This document shows, piece after piece, positions 22,805 through 33,163 of a stretch of DNA of 33,163 nt. The translations under genes and the position numbers were made by a program. Location: assembly GCF_000281045.1 (NCBI RefSeq), contig NW_008246119.1, forward strand, positions 295,980 to 329,142, written 5' to 3'. Numbering within the stretch: the stretch's first letter is position 1; every line of letters begins with the position of its first letter. The notes beneath the pieces are model-generated. The model was not told the origin of the DNA, searched no databases, and worked only from the letters and a program-made list of their open reading frames with translations. This DNA is from Saprolegnia diclina VS20 (taxonomy: Eukaryota).

Positions 22805-25800
22805 CTATTGCCCCACCCCTCGCGCGGCATCGAGACGTTTCTTGCGATCTTCGCGACTCTAGTTGCCGAGACAAATGAGATACATGGTGTTCCAATAGTA
22901 GAGGCATACCTTGGGACTCTCGCCGCGCTTGCGCTTGGCGTCCGGAAGCGTCTCGTTTTTGGTCTCTTCCTCGTCCGGGGCCTTCTTCTCCTCCTCATCG
23001 GGGTCCGCCTTCTTCTCTTCATCATCCGGATCCGCCTTTTCTTTTTCGTCATCGTGTTGCTCGAGCGTCGCACGAAGCGTCACGTGCTGGCGGTAGACGC
23101 GGGCCTTGAGGTCGTCGTCCGCCTCGGTCTTGGCCCACACGGCCGCAAAGCTCTTGGTGCCGGCGTCGACAAACGCGCACTTGTCTTGGGCATGCGCAAA
23201 CAGCTTGCGCCACGTCGCGTGGCCTTGCAGCGCCGAGGCATTGCCTACATATATTGTCATGTAGCATCATCATCATCATCATCCAAAGACGATACACGTA
23301 CAGTTGATGAGGCAGAAGCGGCGGCTGCGGGATGTCATGACGTTCGTGCGTCGGTCGTCGGCGAGGAAACCCATCTTGCCACTCGTGACGCACGAGACGA
23401 TGATAATGTCCTTCTCACGACCCTACGTTAAATGACAGATGCGTCACCAAACGACCGTCTCGTCTAGCGAGAGGTAGTAAGTACCTGGAAGCCGTCGACC
23501 GACGACACCTCGATGCTGGTCCACGGCTTGAAGTCCATCTTCTTCTTCTTGTCCATCATCTTGGCCGCAACCTTGGCGTCAATGGCAGCCACAAGCTTGT
23601 GCACTTGCGGCTTGTACGGCGTGATGATACCGATGCTCCACTCGCCGCTCTGGACTTGTGGGTATGTCAGCATGAGTTGCTCGATCTACAAAAAAGGAAT
23701 GTCAGTGTGACGTGCGCCGCGAATGACGGACCTGGTCGATGCAAAACGTGGCTTCGGCGTCGTTCTGCTTGGACGTGCCGACGAGCTTCTCGACACCCGC
23801 CATGTCGACGACCGTGAGCGGCTGGAACATCGGGTGGGCGTACATGGCCGGGTCTTGGGTCAGCACACGTTGCGCGATCGCCGGCGCGTCCGTCAAGGCG
23901 CCGTGATAGAACGCATTGGTCGTAAATGCACTCATAAATGGGTGCATGCGATGTTGTTCCTACAGATTTTATGTGAGAAAAAATATTTGTAGAGAATTGG
24001 CAGTACGTACGTTCAACATCGTCACGGGCAGATACCCTTCCAAGCGCTCCATGAGCGAGACGGCCAAACCGTGCTCCTCCGCGGTCTTGCTGAGCACCGT
24101 CGGCGCGAGCTGCTTGGTGTCACCGACAAAAAAGAACCGACCGGCCTGCGCGAGAAGCGCGAGAAGCGAGCTCGGCTCGGTCGCTTGGCCGCACTCGTCG
24201 ACGATAACGGCGTCAAAGCTACAGATGCAACAAATGAGTTTTCATCAGGTGAGAGAGAGAGGCGTACCCCGATTGCCGGAGCTTGTACGCCATGTCGGAA
24301 CCCGCACACGACGAATGCGTCGCAAAAATGATGTTGGCTTGGCCCGCAATGCGCGCAAAGAGGTCCCACTTGCTCAGGTTCTTCTCGACGTTGAGGTTCT
24401 TGGCGCGCTTGCCGTTGGCGGGAAGCTTGCGGAGCGCGTCGTTGATCTCGGCCTTGTAGTGCGCGGCCGCCGTCGCGAGGCCAACGTCCCGCGCGCCATG
24501 TCGAGTGCCCATCTTGACGGCCGTGAGCGCGGGCTCTTCGGGTCCTTCCGGGCGCGGCAGCTGCGCTTGGACCTTCGTGGGGTGGCCGACGAGGTAGATG
24601 CCGACCGAGAAGACGCGCTCGATAATCTCGTCGATCGCGGCGTTCGAGTCCGAGGTCACGAGGACACTTGGCAGTCGGCCCTTGGACGGCGAGGCCTTGG
24701 AGAGGAGCGCCGAGAGCAGGGCGCAGATCGTCGACGTCTTGCCGGTACCCGGCGGCCCCTTCCAAAGCGAGATGCCCGTCTCGAGGTTGCCGAGGCCGCG
24801 ACGCAGCGCCTTGAACTGGGACGGGTTCATGTCGGACGCGAGGAGCCCGGCCACCGTGACGTCCACGTCGTAGAGCGACGGCTAAAGCAGAAATAAATAA
24901 GTTTCACGCAGTGTGTAGACAAGAGGTAGGTTTACTGTGATGAGCAACTTGTAAAAGTTGCCAAGCGCGGCCGCCGCCATCGCGATCGCTTTGGTGGGCG
25001 CCTTGTCCTTATCGCTGAGCTCGGCCACGACCTCGTGGATCTTGGTTGCCTAGGCATAAAAACAATGAGCCATGGAGACGAAAATCAAGGAATATCGTAC
25101 CTCGAGGCTCTCGACCGACATCTTCATCTTGGCGAGGTCGGTCAAGAGCGTCAGCACGGCGTCTTCGTCTTCCGTGGGCATCTATTGCATAAATATGTGA
25201 GGCGAGCCAGTGCAAAGAAAACAATGTACCTTGTTCTTCTTGGCCTTGGCCTTGCCCTTGCCCTGGGTTGGCATCTTGGGCAACCCGGTCGACGTCTGGA
25301 TGACGCCGCGCAGCTTCGTTGCGGCAACCTTGAGCACCGAGACGGTCGCGGCGGCTCGCGACTGGTTGAGCACAACGTCGCGCAAGTGCTCGGGCAACTT
25401 GTCGACGGAGCCGACGCCCTCGAGCATTCGCAGTGTTGTCACCAGCGACGTGACCACCTTGGCTTCGATCGCCTTGGCCTTCGGGAGGTCGAGCGCCTTT
25501 TTGTCCGCCTGGAGGAGGACGACGTCGATCATGGGCCCGTAAACGCGCTCGACGACGCCGATCGCATGTCGCGCGTTGTCGACCTAATCATTTTATGCGT
25601 ATATAAAGAGAAGAGGCAGTTGATTGACGCACCTTGAGTCGGACGACGTCGCCAATGATGAGCGAGTTCTTTTCAAGCGTCTGGAACGTCGCCACGTTGG
25701 GGTCCGAGACGCCTTCGAACGAGGCCGCGAGTGCGGTGGACGTAGCGGGCAGCGTTTTCTTCCTACATTTCGCGGAAAATATGAGAACACGGAGCAATAT

Positions 25801-26762
25801 CGAGAGGAAACATACCCACAGACGATCGCGGCTTGGGCTTCGGCGATGAGCAGCGCGCCGAAATGTACCTTGTACGTTTCCTTGGTCGACATCTTGGTCG
25901 AGAACGTGGGCGCCTCGGGCCAAAGTACTCTGAGGAAATAATCGCGCGTCTCGGCCGACGATCTCGGCGTCTTGAACGACGTGGGCGTCTTGGCGTCGTC
26001 GAACGCCGTCATCATCGCCTTGATCGGGTCCAGCTCCGCCATCGCCTTGAGACGCGCGCCGGCCTTCTTCTTCATGGCGGGCGACGACGCCGGCGACGAC
26101 AGCGGCGACGGTAGCGGAATAAAATCGATCAAAAGCGGCGATAGTGACGGCAGCGGCGCCAAGCGTCGAGCCGACGGAGACGTCATTAGGCGCGGGTTGC
26201 CTCGAATACGCTGGGGCGACGGAGTCGCCATGAAGCGTGGGTTGCCTCTGATACGCTGAGGCGTCGTCGGCGCGTTAACCGGGATCGATGCGGAGCCTTC
26301 AAGAAGCTTTTCCACGTCGCGCTTCCACTTCATGAGTCGATGCTTCCCCGCAAGAAGGAGCTCGAGTTGCGGGCCGCCAATTGCGATGAACCGCGTCGTG
26401 TCGATCCCCGGTGCGAGCTCCAGCTTGAAGTGCCCGACAAACGCAGCGCGGTGGCCGAGAGGAAGTGCCGGGAGGTCGGTGAGGCCCACTGTTTGCGTGC
26501 GCACATCGTTGTACGGCAGCACGACGAGCTCATCCGTGGCCCGGAGGCCGTCAGGAAAGAAGGCCTGGAGCTTGGCCGTGTCGATGTCATGGGTGTCCTT
26601 GGCAATGAGACTGCCGACGTCACGGAGAGAGACCTCGACCATGGCCTTGAGCGCTGTCGGGACGTCGTGCGAGGGAAAGACCGCCGAGACGCTCGCCGTG
26701 TCAAGCTCGTACACGGCCAATCCGCCGGGGTTGGAGCGACTCGTGACAAAGCGGCCCGCCAT
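22805..26762 (-). CDS. Sen1/Upf1-like superfamily 1 helicase (~1,128 aa), 12 exons: 26762-25816, 25762-25633, 25583-25230, 25181-25101, 25049-24936, 24881-24268, 24218-24011, 23959-23732, 23685-23485, 23422-23302, 23244-22910, 22858-22805
   Basis: Eleven GT-AG introns (46-62 nt) give one continuous frame with MNPSQ, KGPPGTGKT, SNAAIDE, VIVDECGQ, VGDTKQLAPTV, SLMERL, LNEQHRMHP, IGIITPYKPQV, SVDGFQGREKD and RRTNVMTSRSR. The last intron/exon is the least certain. Confidence 0.88.
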
Positions 26763-27029
26763 CGTCAGCCTCTGCTTCAAGCTCTCTGGAAAATGGAAGC
26801 CACCCCTTAGTTAGTTGAAGGTTCGCGCGCCCTTAGTCGGCCTTCGAAGAGCGCGCATGCATGCTTGCCGACACCGCATCTCATCGACGCGACCACCTTG
26901 ATTTTTGAGGCGTCCTTTTTATTTTATTGCATACTCATATATTTTGGCACATTGGTTTAAAAATAGTGCAAAAAAAGTAAAAGGGGTAGGCCCCCTACCT
27001 GACGCCCTTTGAGGTCCCTTCGATTAGGA

Positions 27030-27203
27030 CGGTTTCGCCAGCACCTCGATTCTACCGGCGCCAGGAAACCAGCCGCATCCAGTTGAGTTACCAAATACGA
27101 CGAGTGCCAGTAGGTCGCGTCCCGCGCTGCTCGTTGGCCAGCGAGGTCGCCATGCGCGTTCGGAGCGCGCCCAGCGCACGACGTGGTAGCCCGTCAAGGC
27201 GCA
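27030..27203 (+). repeat. Right direct repeat flanking the helicase gene (partner 22445-22632)
   Basis: Same orientation as the left copy, about nine substitutions, and lacks the 14-nt duplication. Confidence 0.95.
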
Positions 27204-27994
27204 ATATTAAGTGGCTACCATCTGTTTGGGTTGGAAAAGACGTACGATTGATTGGTCACAATCAATATCTCCTGCGATGGGATTGGATGAAATATAATAT
27301 CTGCTGCCATTGGATTGGATGCACGTGGCAGCCTTGGGGGAGTGTGGGCTGCTGCCACATCACATCGACCGCCTTCACTGGAGACGGTCAAAAATTGGGA
27401 GTAGCGTGTACATTGGCTCACCCGTACAACTCATCTAGTACGCGATTGCAATGTACTACGACGTATGAAGCATGTTACCCACTTGTGCTCACTAGATCGA
27501 GTATCGTGCTTCGCTTTGCATCATCACGAGTGATGCGAGATTACGTTGAGCTTTCATACCAGCCTGCGTTACACCGCAAATCGCTATAGAGTTACAGGGT
27601 TCAGTTTCGGTAACCATTTAATGCATCGTGGCACAAAGATTGCCGAAGCAGTAACGGGTATGCATCCGATCGTCCATCAAGAATGCACCGCCAGCGAGAA
27701 GGCGGTTGGACGCTGCTCAAATGCTCGCTATAAACCAATTGAAAAGAATATGCCATAAAATACATTCCGCACCTCACATAATAAGCCGACACGCCTTTCC
27801 TCGCCTCAAACAGGGCTCCAACTGTGGAGCGGCCAAAGTCCAATACCTCGCGGACCCGATCACTCTCGCTCAGATATCTAAGACTCGATCTATAGCTCGA
27901 CATTGGGCGTACAAAGTAATCGGTGTCACCTTTGCACAAATAGTGTCAATGCTTCAATTCGGCCAATTACTAGAATTACGCGCAGTCTAGACGA

Positions 27995-28274
27995 NNNNNN
28001 NNNNNNNNNNNNNNNNNNNNNNNNNNNNNNNNNNNNNNNNNNNNNNNNNNNNNNNNNNNNNNNNNNNNNNNNNNNNNNNNNNNNNNNNNNNNNNNNNNNN
28101 NNNNNNNNNNNNNNNNNNNNNNNNNNNNNNNNNNNNNNNNNNNNNNNNNNNNNNNNNNNNNNNNNNNNNNNNNNNNNNNNNNNNNNNNNNNNNNNNNNNN
28201 NNNNNNNNNNNNNNNNNNNNNNNNNNNNNNNNNNNNNNNNNNNNNNNNNNNNNNNNNNNNNNNNNNNNNNNNNN
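27995..28274. other. Assembly gap (280 N)
   Basis: Run of N characters. Confidence 1.
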
Positions 28275-28319
28275 GGGGCCTCGCTAGCGCCGTTATTGAC
28301 GTGGCAGCTCGCATGGCCG

Positions 28320-29101
28320 TTACTGACGTGGCAACCTCACAGGACCGTGAGCAATCCCGTCTACAAATGCTGTATTGCGCACCTCGTCGCTCATCGCGTG
28401 CAAAAATTCAGGCGCGAGCGACGCCGTGCCAAAGCTCGCAGCAAACTGGAGCGTCGCAGCGCCGTCCTCACCAAGAACATACTTGAGCACGACGGCGCCA
28501 AAGCGACCAACCTCGCCACCTTGGTCGCCGAAGATCTTGACGCTGACGGCTGTGTGGATCTGGACGCTATTAATGTACGCCAGCCGGACTTGGCAATCTT
28601 CCAGTGCATTCGTGCGTTTGAGTTCCTCCAGGATGCGTGCGTTGTGCTGGAGCTCGACCACAAGAACCGGCCTTACACTTCGCCATCGAGCGTGAGATCC
28701 TGGGAAGGTCCAATGGAGAACGCATCGGAAATGCCGACCGTCTGGATGCCAAGATCACCAGTCGTGCTGCGCAGCGCCTGCGCGCGACAGAGGGTACGTC
28801 GGACGAAGAAGATCGCAGCCAGCGTCGCTGAATTCCGAGGACCGCCATCGAACGTGGCACCGAAAACGACGTGGAACTGGCGGCCGTTGAGCGTCTCGTC
28901 ATCACGCCACGCGATCAGCGGCTCGCTGCGCGCAATGAGCATCGGAGACATCTCGCCATCGTGGGCGCAAAAGACCTTGGCGGCAGTCTCAAGCCCGTCG
29001 AAAGTGAGTGTACCGTCCATGACGTCACCCTCTGGCATCGAAGCAGCGATAGTTGATGTCGAGGGCTTCAGAGCAGACTCCAGTGGGCTTGGTTTCTGCA
29101 T
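28320..29101 (-). pseudogene. Frameshifted gene for a possible PD-(D/E)XK/Uma2-like restriction-endonuclease-fold protein
   Basis: ATG at 29101. Removing 2 nt from GAAGTGTAAGG (~28675) joins two ORFs into ...ISDAFSIGP...DGEVRPVLVVELQH...YINSVQIHTAVSVKIF...GRFGAVVLKY...AASFGTASL. Fold assignment is from recall. Confidence 0.45.
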
Positions 29102-29454
29102 ATTAAGTAGATCGAGCAACCGACGCGTGAGGAATTGCAAAAATGAACAAGGGAGCAAAATCCCGCCCTGTCCCAGCGGCAACTTGGCGGCTTGCCCGAG
29201 AGCAAGTCCGCTGCAGTAGGACATCTACCAAGTCGTTTACGATTGTTCGCAACAAAACGGTAGGTCACCCAGCATACGTGGACCGTGTTGGCTTCGCTAC
29301 ACGACTGTGGTCAATTTTATTGGCGGATTCTGAACCTACAGAAGTACAGACTGGGTGTTTTGCGACGCAAGGAGCCGAAACGAACTTTTCGAGAGCGGAG
29401 CTGCGAAACCACTCTCATTTTAGAACTCGGCTCCCGTTAAGCAAAGAGGCTCCA

Positions 29455-31528
29455 ATGGTCGCCATCTACTACAAGGTCAACTCGTATGTCTTCGTCTTGC
29501 CGGAGCAAGCTCCGCAAGGGCAACTCCGTTGGCCGGTTTACGCGAAGATCACGAAGTCGAAGCGCGCGCGCTCCAGAGCCACGTACATTGACTTGACTAC
29601 GGTGGCCACGGAGAACGCGCCGGCGAAAATGCTGGAGCTTTCCGTGCGGGGCCGCCCGCTTCCCGTGGTGCAGCGTGCGGAAGCTGAAGTTCACCGGCTT
29701 GGCCTTTGGCTTCGCCAGTTCGTCATCTGCAAGCACGACGACAAGGTTCATGTGGGCCAAGTCCGGGGTTACGACATGGCGACGGAGTCTCTTTCGATCC
29801 AAACCATATCGGGTCGTATCGAGGTTCCCCGTGACAATGTGCGCTCGTGCGCCGACGTCAGCGCGTTGATACTATGGCGGTTGTCGTCGCCCACAGGCAC
29901 AGCCCGTCAAGTGTCACGTCATTGGGCCGCGGCCGTGCGCATGCAAGTCGCAATTCGCGACCGGCTCACTGATCTCGGCCGGACGTCGTCGAACATATTG
30001 GACGTTCTGGACGACATCGTGCCACGCGACGCAGTGCCGCCTCCACACGCAAGCGTCGCCATCGTAGCTCCAACAACGGGCAAACTGGTCGACGTGGTGG
30101 TGCAGCATGCCGTCGACTTTGTCTTTTGGACGACAGCAGATCGCCGGGGTCTCCCGCCGCGCGCCTTTGGCGAGGAATACTGGGAGCCGCGGATGACGCC
30201 CGACGTGGATGACGGTTCCGATGACGCCGCATCCAACCGCGACGATCCCGATTCGGACGCGTCCAACAGCAGCGAGCGCTCGTCGGCATCGCAGGGAGAA
30301 GACTTGGACGATGCCTCGTCGGTGTTCTGGGGTACAAACCATCAAGGCACACCCCAGGATCCGAAGTTTGGGCGGGCGGACAGTGAATTTTGGAGTGGCG
30401 CGACTGGCCCGGCGGCATCAGCGAGCGGTCGCCCCGTCCTCAATCAGCCCCACCTCTCAGCAGACCCTCGAGCATGGGACACAGCCGGCGCGTATTTGGT
30501 CCGGGCTCGTCGTATTGCGGCCGGACGTGACGCCAAGCGAGCTAGCACCGATTTTGTACCCAAACGCACCGAGCAGGCCATCCATGCTCTCATCACGTCT
30601 GCCGAGTACTTGTCCTCACCGCCTTCCGACTTTTTCCGCTCGGTCCTTCACGAGGAGCTCTACTTCTTTCGCTATCCCAGCGTGCTGCGGGCCCTCTATT
30701 CCTTCAACTTTGACGAGGGCCAGCTCTCGATCTTGCACTTTCAACGTCGCTCTGTGGGCGACATGCGGACGTGGACCAAAAACAACCGAAGCATTCGGCA
30801 AGACTACTCGTCGAAGGCTCTGCTTCCCGAGGCCGAGCTGGCGGGGCCTCCGAGCTCTGCCATCGAGGGTGCATTGACCAACTTATCTCTCTACGCCGCG
30901 ACGTTTTGCCACCGGCGCGTGCAACAGTTCATCGCCAAAGGCATTTTTACCGTACAAGCGCTCGTCGCGTCGAACGTTGTCACGACGGACACGGCGGACG
31001 ACCTAGTGGAATGGATTGACTCGATATTCTCTCGGTTCACGGCAAACCTCCATCGCGATGTCACGGGCTCGTCATCGATGTCTTCTCACGAGGAGACCCA
31101 CAAACTCTTCAACCGCGATTCCATCGAGCTTGATCGCCTCTTCAAAGTCACGACCACACGCAAGGCTGAGGAGTTTGAGGCTTTCAAGGCATCAACTCTG
31201 GCAACTCTCGAGCAACTCATGAGCGCATCCGATCCGAGCCGCAGCGCGGGCGCGTTCAAAAACGACAATGGGCGCGCGGGTCACACGGACGTCTCGCATG
31301 AGAAGGTCGAAATGTCGTCGGAGGTCTACAACAAGCTACCCAGGCAAGCCAGCAATGGTATCTGCTGTCGCTTTCTCTCCGCTCGTGGATGCGACGGGTC
31401 GACCGAGTGCGCCGACGCAAACCGCATCAAGCGGCCACACTGTTTGCCAACGATGCGTTGTGGAATACATTACCAAGGCCTACGGTGGGCTCATCCAAGT
31501 CTTTACCGCGTTGCCTGAGTCGGTTTGA
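29455..31528 (+). mobile_element. Gag-like ORF1 of a probable DIRS/Ngaro-type tyrosine-recombinase retrotransposon, frameshifted near its 3' end
   Basis: Intronless long ORF (upstream ATG at 29143, likely start 29455) with FDEGQLSILHF, LVEWIDSIFSRF and a C-terminal Cys/His knuckle (ICCRFLSARGC...C...RPH). The expected tail VVEYITKAYGGL lies in another frame ending at 31528. No RT or recombinase is visible in the window. Confidence 0.55.
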
Positions 31529-31740
31529 AGGCGCCGGGGTGGGGACGGGAGCCCACCTGGCGTAGCAAATTCCCGCAGAGGCCGAGCCAGTGGAGGTGCC
31601 ACCTCAACCACCGCCGGCATGGTCATCAAGGCTTCAAGGTGGTCGAGGAGGTGGTCTTCAACGGGCTCGCGCTGTCGCATCTACCACCAACACACCGTCC
31701 ACGCAGCCAACTCAATGGACGAGTACAAATTTCCATCTCG

Positions 31741-32422
31741 GCGCCGTGCATGGACCTCGGTCCAACGGCCGCTCGCAGGCACCGTCCATGGATCTGGTAT
31801 TCAGCGGTAGCCAAAATGAGCCGTGCATGGACATCTCGACCAAGGATATTTCTGACGCACCGTGCGTGGACCTCGGACCAACGGTGGCGCAGCGGTGTCG
31901 TGCATGGACCTCGGGTCCAGCGGCCGCCAACTTTTGCCGTGCTTGGTTTCGATCAGCGGCTTTTCGGGCGCACCGTGCATGGACCTCGGACCAACGGTGG
32001 CGCAGCGGTGTCGTGCATGGACCTCGGGTCCAGCGGCCGCCAACTTTTGCCGTGCTTGGTTTCGACCAACGGTACTTCTGACGCACCGTGCATGGACTTT
32101 TAGACCAACGGTGGCGTCGCGGCGCCGTGCATGGACCTCGGTCCAACGGCCGCTCGCAGGCACCGTGCATGGATCTTGTATTCAGCGGTAGCCAAAAAAT
32201 GTGCCGTGCATGGACATCTCGACCAGCGGTACTTCTGACGCACCGTGCATGGACTTTTAGACCAACGGTGGCGTCGCGGCGCCGTGCATGGACCTCGGGT
32301 CCAACGGCTGCCAAAAAATTGCCGTGCTTGGTTTCGATCAGCGGCTTTTCGGGCGCACCGTGCATGGACTTTGAGTCCAACGGTGGCGCAGCGGCGCCGT
32401 GCATGGACCTCGGGTCCAACGG
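31741..32422. repeat. Array of 18 variant ~36-41-nt units with core CCGTGCATGGAC-loop-GTCCAACGG
   Basis: Cores start at about 31744, 31782, 31821, 31860, 31898, 31937, 31973, 32011, 32050, 32086, 32125, 32163, 32204, 32243, 32282, 32322, 32358 and 32397. Confidence 0.95.
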
Positions 32423-33163
32423 TCGCTCATGCGCTGCACGCTCATCAAATCTTACTATGATGTCGGCGCTCATGCTTCGAGATTGTAGACAAAGCGCATT
32501 AGCCAGGCGACTCAACTTTCTCTACGTCAACTGGCGCAAAGCGCACCTGCTCACGGCGCCTTGTGCGGCACCGCTGCACTGCGATCTCCTCTTACGTGAT
32601 GAACTTGGCCGATGGCGAATCGTGGCGCTGGCTCCCGACCCCAACTCGTTGGCGATGTATGGATCGCGACGAGGGACCCACGAAGCGCACGGAGCCAGTT
32701 TTTATGCGCGACTTCGACAACCCACAGCAGCGCTCACTCTTGGGGGCTACGCTACTGGGTTTCTCTCCCCGCACAGTCAGACAAGTTTCCAAGCCGCGAA
32801 GCACGCTACCACGGTCAAGGACGCCCGTCATGGCCCTCGAGCAACGTTCTCAACTCGAAGGCGACGGGCACGAGGTCAACGCCGCATCACCACGCGCCAA
32901 CGCGGACCAGCGGTGCACCGGCGTCAACATCGGCTTGTCGTTGTCTGGGTGCCCTGGTTTCCCGGTCCCGGCATGGTGGGCGCTGCAGAGACTCTCGTTT
33001 GGCTGAAGCAACCGAGACCGACAATTCTGCGCAGGCGACGTGCAATGAGAAGCCAGCCAACACATCTCAGTTCATTCAAGCAGCTCATCCGCGACGGTGT
33101 GCGACGCCTCGACAAGACCCCACCAAGTACTCAACGCACTCGCTTCGCAGCGGCGGGGCCCCC

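Noticed and set aside
23265..23284. (CAT)n microsatellite
   Set aside because: Short intronic simple repeat with no evident significance.
22445..27203. LTR retrotransposon or Helitron
   Set aside because: Repeats lack a TG start, and I saw no gag/pol, PBS or PPT. The helicase is Upf1/Sen1-type rather than Pif1-type, with no HUH Rep domain or CTRR end.
27204..27994. AT-richer stretch with ~100-aa ORFs
   Set aside because: No recognisable domain and truncated by the gap; ORFs spanning the Ns are artefacts.
31741..32422. CRISPR array
   Set aside because: Linkers are only ~13-15 nt and recur, the repeats vary, there are no cas genes, and the context is eukaryotic.
32423..33163. Start of a pol/RT ORF
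   Set aside because: No RT, RNase H or recombinase motif is visible before the window ends.

Overview
GC-rich eukaryotic DNA with short (43-62 nt) GT-AG introns; gene style suggests an oomycete, probably Saprolegnia-like (inference). Left to right: a decayed ankyrin-like gene; a block of four intact genes (peroxisomal catalase, a ~4,071-aa thioredoxin/NZF/UBA/DUF3638-DUF3645/EF-hand protein, SNRNP27, a TCP11-family protein) bracketed by a ~300-bp inverted repeat pair 19 kb apart; a 12-exon Sen1/Upf1-like SF1 helicase gene with an apparent TFIIS-N-like insert, enclosed by ~175-190-bp direct repeats; a 280-N assembly gap; a frameshifted PD-(D/E)XK-like gene; and a gag-like ORF of a probable DIRS/Ngaro-type element followed by an array of 18 shuffled, bulged hairpin units. 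Gene models were spliced by hand and family calls come from motif recognition, not database searches.
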